Positions 1 to 11,139 of a DNA stretch of 64,000 nt are shown in pieces. Both the position numbers and the translations under genes were made by a program. The notes under the pieces are model-generated. The model ran no database searches. It saw only the letters and a program-made list of their open reading frames with translations, and was not told the DNA's origin. Positions within the stretch are counted from its first letter, which is position 1. Each line of letters opens with the position of its first letter. This stretch comes from Pristiophorus japonicus (Eukaryota): the NCBI RefSeq assembly GCF_044704955.1, contig NC_091999.1, forward strand, positions 10,788,001 through 10,852,000, in the 5' to 3' direction.

Positions 1-234
1 GTCTGCAATAACTGGGCGACTGGCTCCACAGGTCGATTCTTTAGGATGTGCCTGCCAATATCTCTGATCAAATCCACGATCAACTGGGAATGATAGAGAC
101 AAGCCTTGCCGAAACAATGCCTGTGGCAGCCCCGCCCACAGCTTCCATTTTCTGCTCTCGTTGTGAACCGCCTTGCCTGCCCTGTGTTTTTGGAGAGATT
201 GCTGCAGCTGTTACGGAACTGTAAACAGGATGGA

Positions 235-273
235 GGTTTCTGCAAAGTGACTGCTGCATTTCCTCTCAGTGTG
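235..273 (-). promoter_or_regulatory. 23-RSS of V1
   Basis: CACACTG-23 bp-GCAGAAACC. Confidence 0.85.
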
Positions 274-679
274 TGACTCTATCGCACAATAATACACAGC
301 GGTATCCGAGCACTTCGAGCGCTCAATTACCAATTGGACGCGTTTGTCCCCAGTGGAGTGATCCAAATCGGTCTGTGCTTCCTTTGCCATGCGATGCTCG
401 CATTTTTACCCACTCGATTCGCTGACTAGATCTCTGTGTATACCAGTGCATGGCGTAAATGCTGGACGTGTCATAGCTGCAGTTTATCAACACTGATTCA
501 CCCCTTCGGAATGTTATCGCAGCGGGAGACTGCAGCAATTGGTCCGAGAGACATCGACCTGTAAAAATATTCAGATAATAAAAAACTTGAGCAAAGCAAA
601 TAAAAAGCACTGTGGGTTATTGAGCTCAGCTCCTGGACCTACATGTTAGGAGCAGCAGAATAACGAGTAATAGCTTCAC
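274..679 (-). pseudogene. TCR alpha/delta V pseudogene (V1): leader 643-679, V exon 274-558
   Basis: Reads DQLLQSPAAITFRRGESVLINCSYDTSSIYAMHWY, then a frameshift after STDRF, then SDTAVYYCAIE. Leader (G)TG-KLLLVILLLLT with GTAGGT donor; start codon is GTG. Confidence 0.9.
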
Positions 680-779
680 TTGTACCGAGAAATACTTCGT
701 TGGGAATGCAATGTGAAGAATAACGCGTCTCACAGCTCGCCTCAGAAGACTCCGAACCGAATCAAAGAGCTGCAGGTAC

Positions 780-2921
780 CCATTTATGGAAGTGAGACAA
801 TGGTTACAGCAATGGAAGGCAGAAGGGCCTGATTGGACAAATCCCGCGAGTTGTCGCATAAAAGGAGCAGGACCAGGTGGTGCCTGGATCCTGACCAGTC
901 AGTTGATCGAGAACAGGGATAGACTGGGAAAGAATTGGAAAAGTTAAAAGGAAAATTGAAGAATCAGGACAGAGAAGCTAGTGTCACAGTCAGGAATGAT
1001 ACCTCAGTTCAGTTGCTGAGGTTGGGGTAGATTCCGCAGGTGAGGGAGGGTAACTATCGGGATGCCGCTCCTCGACTACACATGTCGTTTCTCTTGGACC
1101 CTTACTTCAGGAAATGGGTGGCCATGCCCTTATCGAGGCATGTGTGGAATGGCAGCGGGTGATTGACACAGGGTCTGTCAGACAAATGAAGGTTGAGGTG
1201 CTCCTGGAGGAAGGCAATTCCCCTCTTCAAAAGCAGTATGCCATCACCCCAGTTTCACAAAGAACAGTTACTGAACAGTCGGAGATGAAAGCAGAAGCTT
1301 GTTCAGAAGCATTTAAAGTTTGTGCAGTAAATGGCTGTCTCAGAACTGATGAGATGTTCAGTGAAAAGCTCAAATGTGGAAGTTATAATCATGCTCTTAA
1401 AGGATGCGAAATAGAAGTTTTGAGCGTTGCAAATGTCAAGAGAGGAAATTACAGTGGTTCCGAAGGGTGAACTGAGAGAAGGACTGGGACACTCGACTGA
1501 CTATTCAATATTTCCGTCATCCTTTACTCTGTGTTGTTACGCTTCTCTCACAAAGCAGAGAACATTGTTAAAAACTGTGCAGAGGGCAACAGACTTGGTC
1601 GAAGGCACCGATTGCGTGTTGACATTTCTGAATGCAAACAGCATGGAATTCAGTCGAAATCATCAAAAATTGAAAGTTGACGTTTAATTGAAAATGGATA
1701 TCGAGATCACAGACCACCGGACTTTAAAATGGCATACCGATAATTTGAATCTACAGCAACCATATTTTGACCCCAATCATGCTGCTATTTGGAAGAAGGA
1801 AATGTGGAAATTGAGTACAAGATTTCAACAGCTAAAGAGTTTGAATCAAGGAATCGTTGTGGACATTAACCATCACAGTACTCAAATCGAGAACGTTCGC
1901 ACAACTTTGGACCAGCATGGACATGTAAGCTGGTGGGCGTTATTGTTGGATGGCGCCCGATGGCAACAGGCGCGATGGACACAATGATACACCCTGACTT
2001 TATGCTGGTGCTATTTCAGCTGATCGTGCTGGTCATTTTGATTTACTGCAGATGGTTTGTTGAAAAAAAGGACGACAACTGGACAATGCCGTTGGACGAG
2101 CTCTAGCGACCATGCAAATGTATGTTACCCAGATAAGACCTACAGAGAGGCGAGGAGAAGAAGTGGGGGAATGTGAGATCGCAGTCCGGCATTTCTGAAC
2201 TCTTAGCTTCAGCACGCGGTCTGAAATTTAGATTAAAAAACAAGAAGATTGGAAGTTTGGATCGAAAAAAGACTGTTAGACAATGTGGTGCCTTCCAGCC
2301 AATGAGATGAGTGACTGGTCATTGTCTGGGTGTTAAATATTTGAGTACCTTGTACGGGGGGAATAATGTAAACTCATGACTAATGGATTTGTTGAATTCT
2401 GTATGTTGTATTTGAGTATAACTGTTTTAATATGCTAGGAAACGATTCTCTATGTTCAGTACTTTATTATACATTTTTAACTACTTAATGACATCTGCAG
2501 GTTAAACAAGCAATGTTAAGTATTTGAATACTTTGTTACGGTGGGAATAATAGTGTGTATGTTAAACGCTTCAGAAAGCTGTTAGTCTTGATTGTCTAAA
2601 TGCAAAGAATAAGAATTAAAGGCCTTGTAGATATAAAAGATTGAACCGGCTTTTGTCACACAGACACATGAATTGTAGAAACTCTTATGGACTGTAGAGA
2701 CTCTTATGGACTGCAGAGACACTTGGACTGTAGAGACACTGGGATCTTGAAAGGTCTGTAATTCTGGAAGAGCTGCCTTTGCAAGTCGAGTTGTTGGCCA
2801 GTGAATATCTGAATGTCTAAATAAATATCCAGCCTTTAATACAACTGAGTGTGTGCGGGTAATTCGACGTTAAAAGCAATGGAAGCGAAAAGATTAAGAC
2901 AGCCGTTTACAACACCCCACA
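780..2921 (+). mobile_element. Internally deleted LTR retroelement/ERV relic: env-like TM fragment, polypurine tract, 3' LTR 2172-2921
   Basis: Coiled-coil followed by SWW..GWRPMATGAMDTMIHP and a hydrophobic TM. GAAGAAGTGGGGGAA precedes TGTG; AATAAA near 2820; ends CCCCACA. Confidence 0.6.
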
Positions 2922-4109
2922 GCAGTAACAGCAAATATCCAGCCTTAACTTTTGAAGTAGGGCTATCGAGCTCTGTTGTAATTAAAGGGTAAGAATGGAT
3001 CTTCCAACTAAAACGAGCTGACATTGGCTTTTGTAGTGGTCAACTTCCTAAAGGTGTTTAAAGGGAAATAACATATCACAATGATGAACTGTTACAAACT
3101 GTGTAAACTGAGGACAATTGCAGGAGGGCAAACTGTTGATCCACAGGAAGCCCAGAGGGGCAGCTAAACAAGGCAAGGGGTCAAAAGTGCCAAAAAGGAA
3201 AAACTCCATCTGGTCAAGGCAAGAAAGATAAGAAAACATTCCAATGTACAATTGAACTTTTGGGATACAGTGAGTTTTCTTTAAAAGTATTGGAGATAGG
3301 CGTGGTCAGGATTGTATCTTTACTTTGAGTGACAAGGGTGTTGAACATTCAAATCTATGCATGTCTCATGTATTGAATGCCAGGCCATTATAGGCCGACA
3401 AACTGTAGAAAAACCCGATGCTTTCTTTGTTCAGGGAGAGCAATTGAGCACAGCTCAGCAACAGGTTGACTGCAGACATGACCTTCACTTGCAAGCAAAT
3501 TAAAGACTGCTTGAATCGTCCAATCCAGACCTGGTGTTGAGTGTTAATATTAAATACAACACTACACTTTACAAGCAGCAGCAGCAATGGGGCTACTGTG
3601 CGGCAGCTGTACTCCCTTCTGGCAGCAGCAGAATAATTACGCTTCTCTGGCAGGCATTTCTGACACCCGAGCTGGATTACAGTCTGTGTCCCTTTAGGAG
3701 AATGGTTCTGCTATAGAGCGGGAAAGAAAGGAACATACTGTCTGGTTATTATGACCTGAAATCTGAAGAATTGTTATTAGTTTGGTTTATTCTGAGGTCG
3801 ATTCATTGCCTATAGTTCCGTTACCTTTACTGTTAGGACGCTGTTAACTGTGACTCCAATGACCATTTCCTCACAGTCAGTTAAGGAGTGAACTAACAAT
3901 GATTAATAAGAATACTCCCTCCAATTTAAACAGCGTTTGAATCACCGTCCCCTTCTGTGGTTTGCATTTAAAATGCTGATTAAATTCTATCTGATGAGTC
4001 CTGATCTTTATATCAGTAATGACTTATTTAATGATCCATAATCTTCAGAACTTTGAATTGTCATGAGGGAGAATGGAGTGAACAACCGAGCGGAGCCTTT
4101 CACAAATTA

Positions 4110-4845
4110 ACGTAAATCTTTTAAAGTTGCAGCAGGACTTCATTGCTTTTATATTATAACCCCTTGCAATAAAGGCCAACATTCCATTATCCTTCTTGAT
4201 TCCCTGCTGTACCTGCATACTAACTTTTTGTGTTTCATGCACAAGGACCCCCAGGTCCCGCTCTACTGATTAAATTCTTGTGCATGAAACACACAAGTTA
4301 GTTTGCAGGTACAGGAATTAATTAGGAAGTCATATGGAAGGTTGGCTTTTATTGCAAGGGGAATACAGTATAAAAGCAGGAAAGTCCTGGTACAACTTTA
4401 CAGGCTATTGGTGAGGCCACACTGGCGTACTGCGTAAATTTTTGCTATCCTTATTTAAGGAAGGATATATTTGGATTGGAGGCAATTAAAAAAAGTTCAC
4501 TCGATTGATTCTGGCGATTAGGGTGTTGACTTCTGAAGAAAGGATGAGCTGGTTGGGGCTATATTCATTAGAGTTTAGAAGAATGAGGTGTGATTTTATT
4601 GCAGAGGGTTGTACATCTGTGGAATTCTCTGCCCCGGAGAGCTGTGGATGCATGGTCATTAATCAAATTTAAGATGGAGATAGACAGAATTTTGAACGAT
4701 AAGGGAATTAACATTTATGGGGAGCGGGCAGGGATGTCAATTGGAGCCCAAGATCAGATCAGCCATGATGTTATTACATTGGTGGAGCTGGCTCGAAGGG
4801 CCAAATGGCCTACTCCTGCTCCAAATTCTTATGTTCTTAAGTAAA
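4110..4845. mobile_element. CR1 LINE 3' fragment with inverted (fold-back) 5' part
   Basis: KVSMQVQQ..NGMLAFIARG on minus 4110-4270; the same segment on plus from about 4277 continues to the CR1 3' UTR. Confidence 0.8.
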
Positions 4846-5280
4846 TAATCTGTCCGCCTCCAGAATTTTCGGATCGGTTGTAGATTTTTTCGATTTCTCA
4901 CCGTCTTTCAGCCATTGGTTTTAATCCTTCTAACTAATGAAGATGACGGCAAGTATTGATTAATTTAATAAATCTGAAATTTATCAACTATAACACTAAC
5001 CGAGCCCTTAGAGAGGCGGAGTTATATAGTTTGCCAAAGGGATCATTATTATTGAATTCTGACCTCCCAAGTGGATCCTACGTGTGACAACACTGCCCGC
5101 AGCAGCCCCGCCCACAGCTTCCGTTTGCTGCTCTCGCTCTGACCGACCTTACCTGCCCTGTTTTATTGGAGAGATTTCTGCCGCTGTTCCCTGTTTGGCA
5201 TTTGTTGGGTGAGCAGTGCAGTGGAGCTTGGATTAGTATTGCTGCTCCGACAGAGCATTTCCCGGACTGCAGGGAGCATC

Positions 5281-5770
5281 ATGCTGGACCATCTCGCACC
5301 ACTCCTCATCATAATATCACTTCTCAGTAAGGTTTTCTTTCCCAGTTATAGTCCATTCTCCCCCCTGACTGCTGTAATCCAGGTGTTGACTGTGGTAAAA
5401 TTATGATGCTGATGATGGTGACTATTACAATTATTTTGTGTTAGTATTGAGCCACCATGACACAGTGGAACAGCCGATCGCTGCGATGATGGTTGAAGAG
5501 GAAAGTGATGCCACACAAATCTGCACATTGAAAACAAGTGTTACAAAACTTACAACAGTAATATAATGCGGATGCTGGAATCCGAAATCTCTGCGGGCAG
5601 GCAGCATCTATGGAGAGAAACAGATTTAATGTCTCGGGTGTATGACCCTTCGTCAAAACTGGAAAATGTCAAGAAGAAACCGATTATAAGCCTTATGAGT
5701 TCTGCTACATTCAGTACCTCGGGCAGCCTCCACAGTATTTGTTTTATTTCAATGGAGGGATAGTCTTGAA
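5281..5770 (+). pseudogene. Truncated TCR V pseudogene (V2), same family as V6/V8, interrupted by a short repeat (about 5554-5680) and cut off by an L2 insertion
   Basis: Leader MLDHLAPLLIIISLL/GTAAG at 5281-5326; exon from 5445 reads HDTVEQPIAAMMVEEESDATQICTLKT..GQPPQYLFY. No YYC or RSS. Confidence 0.8.
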
Positions 5771-5789
5771 CGTGTTGTCGCCTCCCAAA

Positions 5790-6932
5790 TTGGTGAAAAT
5801 CTTTCCCGCAACTCCTTGTTTGAATCGATCCAATCAGGTTTCCACCCCTGCTGCCGTGCCAGAATAGCTCTCAACAAAGACAGAAATTACATCCTATGTG
5901 ACTGACCCTCCTCACTCTGCTTGACTTGTCTGCCACCTTTGACGCGGATGGTCACTCGATGCTTCTCCAACGCCTCTCCAAGTATGTCCAGCTGAGAGGA
6001 ACTGCAATCGCCGAGTTCCATTTTCATCTCTTTCAGAGTAGCCAGAGAATCACCAGCAATGGCTTCATTTCCCACTCCCGCATCTTTACCTCTGGTGTCC
6101 TCCAATGATTTATCTTTCCTCTTTCCTATTTCTCATCTACATTCTACCACTTAGCGACATTATTCAAAAGCATAACGTCTCTTTCCACATGTATGCTGAC
6201 GATGCACAGCTGTATCTCATCACCACTTCTCTCGACTCCTCCACGGTCTCTAACTTGTCAGACTGCTTGTCCGACATCCAGCAGTAGATGAGCAGAAATG
6301 TCTCCAATTCAATATTGGGAAGAACAAAACCATTGTTTTCTGTCCCCGGCACAATCTGAGTTCGCTGGCCACTGACAGCTGCCGCCCCACCCCCAAATTG
6401 TAGCCGACATAAACTTGAGGTCATCCAACCTGGCTTCGCATATCCTAATTCGCACCAAGTCCCGTTCGACCATCACCCCTGTGCTCGCTAACCTACATTA
6501 GCTCCCGGTTAAGCAACGCCTGCATTTCAAAATTATCATCCTTGTTTTCAAATCCCTCCATGGCATCGCACCTCCATATCTATGTAATCCCCTCTGGCCC
6601 CACTTTCTCTTCGAAATTTCAGTGCTTCTCGACTTCTGCCCTCTTGATCCTTCTTGCAGATAATCGCTCAACCATTTCGTGGCTGTGCCTTCAGTTGCCT
6701 AGGCCGTAAGCTCAGGAACTCCCTGCCTAAACGAAACAGTCCCTTTACCTCTTGTTCCTCCTTTAAAACAATCCGTATAACGTACTTTTTGAACAAGCTT
6801 TTGGTGATCTGCCGGAATTACTCGTTAATTGGCACGGAATCAAATGTCTGTCTTATAACAGCAGCAAGAAGCGCCTTGGAATATTTTACTACTTTCATGG
6901 TACTGTATAAATACAAGTTGTTGTTGTTGTTG
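5790..6932 (+). mobile_element. L2-clade LINE fragment (RT, 3' end)
   Basis: [11 protein letters not shown] motif; (TTG)n tail near 6917-6932. Confidence 0.8.
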
Positions 6933-7284
6933 ATATCGCCGACAGTTCGAGTTCCAATTAATGTTAAGCAGATGTTGCTATCATGCCGCTTAACAAAAGA
7001 AATAATTCAGCCTACGCAGTGCTTCGTAAGGAACTTCCTTGAAGGGCAACAAATCACATAAGACTCAACAAGATCAGGTGAGGTTCACTGGCACAATTGT
7101 ATTAGTTGGTGATTTCAATTCACGTTAATAATAAAAGATAACAATTACAGCTCAGTGACAAGTTGAAAATGGCAGCAGTTACATTAAGTAATCTGACAGT
7201 ATATTGGACTGGTGGGAATCATGAGACAAATCTCCATCCTCTGCATGTGGCACGGTAATTACATTCGGCACTTCTGTGGTTTCA

Positions 7285-7602
7285 TACCTGATAAATTGCA
7301 ACATCCACATTGACATTTGGGTGTCCCTGGCCAAAGACCGCCCTCAGTGGAGGAAGTGCATCTGGCAGGGTGCTGAGCACCTCGAGTCTCGTCGCCAAGA
7401 CCATGCAGAGACCAAGCACAGGCAGCGTAAGGAGCGTGCGGCAAACCAGACTCCCCGCCCACCCTTTCCTTCAACCACTGCCTGTCCCAACTCTGACAGA
7501 GATTGTCTTTCTCGTATTGGAATGTACAGCTACCTAAGCACTAATGCTAAGAGTGGAAGCAAGTCTTCCTTGATTCCGAGGAACTGCCTATGATGATTAT
7601 GA
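7285..7602 (+). mobile_element. RTE-clade LINE 3' end
   Basis: WVSLAKDRPQWRK...CPNSDRDCLSRIGMYS C-terminal C2H2-like motif; TGA-repeat tail. Confidence 0.7.
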
Positions 7603-7931
7603 AATGAGCTTCAATCAAATGGTTTCCCTGAGAAATGTACAAAGCTAGTGAATCAGCACGAGTTAAACTGAAGTGGACCATACATGTTTATCGACATCTG
7701 TGTTTAATATCGCAACAATATATCTCCAATCAATGGGCGCTGGAGGCTGCTCCATAGATACACTGACTGTGATTTAATTCCTTCTCTGAACAGTGTAAAA
7801 TGTCCAATCAAAACCGCCAGAATGATCCATAGTCACATGTTTCCCTCTGCTCCCTCGCGACTCGGTTTACCTCTGATCTCCAAAGTGGCAGGAGTTTCTA
7901 TACGAGAGTTCAACGGGTTTCCCTCATCGGG

Positions 7932-8383
7932 AGACTCAGAGCACAGTAATAAACTAGAGTGTCGGTCAGCTGCATCTTCGAGCTGATTAATAGTGAATTT
8001 ATTCGTGGTTCAGGAGCATTGCTGTGAAGCGGGTTTCAGCAAATGCTGCTTTAGCTTCATAACCGCTCGGGGTTTTCATCAGAATAAACTCGGGCTGTGT
8101 GTCTAGGAATTGCCGGTACCAGTATATATTATAGCCTCTTGCGCAGTATCATAGATGCAGCTTAAAGTCATTGTTTCTCCTTCTGTCTTAACTCCTGAAG
8201 ACAGTGGCTGAGTGACAGAAGCTCCATGACTCAGATCTGAAAGTTATGTTCAATAGGAGAGATACGATGTTTAAAATTCAGATTTAAACCATATCATAAA
8301 TGGAATAAAAGAAGAAGTGTGTACGATCCACAATTACCTGTCAAAAATGACCCACATACAACCCAGATGCTAAGGAGCCACAT
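7932..8383 (-). pseudogene. TCR alpha/delta V pseudogene (V3): leader 8338-8383, V exon 7932-8236; not captured by the ORF track
   Basis: Leader MWLLSIWVVCGSFLT/GTAATT. Exon ASVTQPLSSGVKTEGETMTLSCIYDT..IYWYRQFLDTQPEFIL..RF..MQLTDTLVYYCALS with frameshifts. Degenerate RSS CCCGATG-23-ATAGAAACT at 7893-7931. Confidence 0.9.
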
Positions 8384-9104
8384 TGTCGCTGTATGCTCTG
8401 TAAAGTGGTGGTTGGATATTTGCAGACACCCGTTAGAATCCCCAGCCTCAATAATCTGCCATCATGTCTCAGGCTGCTCTCATCTCATTTCCTTGTGTTC
8501 CCAGTTGTGCTGTGAACTGCCTGCTCGTGAATGGAATCAACCAGAACTGGAGTACTGTCAATGTATTATACTGGAATAGTTCTGTTCTTAGAGACTTGAG
8601 TTGGAAATGAAATTCTTGTCTGGCTATTGTAACCCGGAAGCTGAGGGTTAATGCTGGAAGAAAATATTCCAGAATTTAACAAACAATCAGAAGGGCAGTG
8701 GAAAAGTAGGAACTCTGTGCTTGGGACTTGTTTGGAATTGCACAGTCATTACCTTGTAAACTCTGTGCCTTGTGTATGAATAGTCTCTGACCCAGCAACA
8801 TATTCTGTTCAAATAAACCCTGTGTGCAGGCCGCGATCAAAGGGTCTGGAACAGCGGTGCTTAAAAAGGGCTGCACAATATTGCAGGCAGGCACGAGTTG
8901 AGGTGCCACAGATGGATTTGTGATAATTGCGCGTTGCACTCACGAACTAACATCATGCCTGAAGAGGACCTCACCTGCTCTGGTTGCGTGCTGTTTTATG
9001 TTGCAAGTTTAAGAATTTCCCCGCTACTCTCACGTTCAATTATTGAATCTGTTCATCAGGTGTGAACGGAAGTTCGGGTCATATTGGCAGCATTTTCGTG
9101 ATGG

Positions 9105-9718
9105 CACTGGTTGAGCTGCTACTGATGTCTATTGCAATTGCTAAATTGTGGAATGTGTTCCCTCTGCTGGTGTGAATGCTCCTGATGGCCATTGTATAAT
9201 AGGTAATTAGTAAAATATGTTCCCTGTGCTTGTGTGTATGCTCCTGATGGTCGTTGTAATAGGCAATAAGTAAAATGAGTTCCTTCTGGTGTGAATGCTC
9301 CTGATGGCCATTGTACAATGGATAGTTATTAAAATGTGTTCCTCATGCTGGTCTGTGTGCTGCTGATAGTCATTTAATAGCTAATTAGTAAAATGTGTTC
9401 CCTATGCTGGTGTGTATGCTCCTTATGGTCATTGTAATAGGTAATCAGTAAAATGTGTTCCCTTCAAGTGTGAATGCTCCTGATGGTCATTGTAATAGGT
9501 AATGAGTAAAATGTATTCCCTCTGCTGGTGTGAATGCACATGACATCCATTGTAATAGTCAATTAGTGAAATGTGTTCCCTCTGCTGGTGTGAATGCTCC
9601 TGATGGCCATTGGAAAATAGGAAATTAGTAAATGTGTTCCGTATGCTGGTGTGTATGCTGCTGATGTCCATTGCAATAGGTATGTTGTGCTACATATTCC
9701 CTATGCTGGTGTGAATTT
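9105..9718. repeat. About 60-bp minisatellite (9 full units) in the presumed leader intron of V4
   Basis: Unit approximately CTGGTGTGAATGCTCCTGATGGTCATTGTAATAGGTAATTAGTAAAATGTGTTCCCTATG. Confidence 0.95.
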
Positions 9719-9766
9719 TCCTAATTAAGAACGGGACTAACTAATGATTTAAATACTTTTACGCAG

Positions 9767-10068
9767 GTAATATCCAATGCAGTTCGGTAATGCAGCCTCA
9801 ATATGAGCTGAAGGTATATGAAGGAGATAAGTCTCATTGAACTGCAATTACAACACCAGTTCGGACGATCCGAATCGTTACTGGTACGAGCTGTACTCGA
9901 ACTAGGTTTTGCAGTTTATTTTGTACCGTGATAACACCAGGGGAAGGATTGCATGTTTTGTGAAAGGAAAATTCGATGCTCATCATTTCAATCGATATCA
10001 AGTTTTCCTTTGTCAATTTCTGCAGCAGAGACTGAAGACAAACTGGTCTATTTCTGCGGACTCAGGAT
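9767..10068 (+). pseudogene. TCR V pseudogene (V4), related to V5
   Basis: SVMQPQYELKVYEGD..CNYNTSSDDPNRYWY..(TAG)..QFILYRDN..FPLSISAAETEDKLVYFCGLR, with frameshifts. Degenerate RSS CACGGGG-22-GCAAAAATC at 10069-10106. Possible decayed leader near 8955-9006. Confidence 0.88.
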
Positions 10069-10209
10069 CACGGGGCTTCAAAACTGCTCGACTCTGAGCA
10101 AAAATCTCACCAAACCACAGTCCATCCCAAGAGCTAATTAAAGACATCTGTCATCGAGCGAGTCAAGAAAAAACTATTTGTCATTGAGGGAATGAGGAAA
10201 AAAGATCTC

Positions 10210-10860
10210 GCATTTTTACAAGAAGTGTACAACGGTTGAAGTCCATCATGTCCGTGGAGAGACTCGAGAAACGGAGGTTGTTGTCCTTGGAGCAGCGAAG
10301 GTTAAGTGGAGTTTAAATAAAGGTGTTTAAAATTATGAAGAGTTTTGATAAAGTAGATGTGGAGGAAATGTTTCCACTGCCATGAGGCTCGATTACCAGA
10401 CGACACAGATTTATGATAAAAGGCCAACAAAATCCAGGCGGCAAATGAGGAGAATATTTTTCTGCAGAGAATTGTTACAATCTAGAATGCATTGACGCAA
10501 AGGGTGTTGGAAGTAGATTATATAATAACTTTCAAAAGGGAATTAGATAAATACTTGAACAGGACAAGTTTTCAGCGTTATGGGCAAAGAGCAGGTTCGT
10601 GGGCCGAATTGAATCGCTCATTCATAGAGCGAATACAGACACAATGGGTCTTCTTCTGTGCTGTACGTTCTTTAATTCAATAAGTCGTTCGCCACCCTGA
10701 ATTTGACGTAAATCGTCGTTCCTTTACTGTCTCTGGGTCAATTACCTGGAAGTCCCTCCCTCACAGCACTATAGTGACACCTTCAGCAAGGGCAGCTAGG
10801 GATGGGCAATTGAATCCGGCCTTGTCATCGACGCCCATATCTCGAGAATGGATAGAAAAA
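10210..10860 (+). mobile_element. Old CR1 3' fragment plus the 3' end of a second LINE/SINE
   Basis: CR1 C-terminal remnants (ITFKRELDKYL); GGGATGGGCAAT..GACGCCCATATC 3' motif. Confidence 0.6.
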
Positions 10861-11139
10861 ATTAAGAGAAACAACCGGTACAGTAGGACAATCACCAGGT
10901 GAAATGTTGCTTGTTTCTGTCACACATTCTTTCTTTCACTATTTCAGTTTTTCTCTCTTCTTTCGCGCGTTCTCTGGTTCACGCATTTTCATTACTTCAA
11001 TTTCTTCCTTTCCAATATTAAAAAACATTCAACAGTTATATTACATTTCTCGATTTTTTTTGATCATGAAGAATGATGTGAGGAGGGAGGGGTGAATTGA
11101 TACAAAGAAATCCCGTTCAGGGCGGTGTTATCTACATAG

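Noticed and set aside
3380-3880. Possible very old minus-strand leader and V relic
   Set aside because: Only vague motifs; no conserved C-W-C pattern or RSS.
9105-9718. Minisatellite as a CRISPR-like or RSS array
   Set aside because: Eukaryotic context, no unique spacers, no heptamer or nonamer in the unit.
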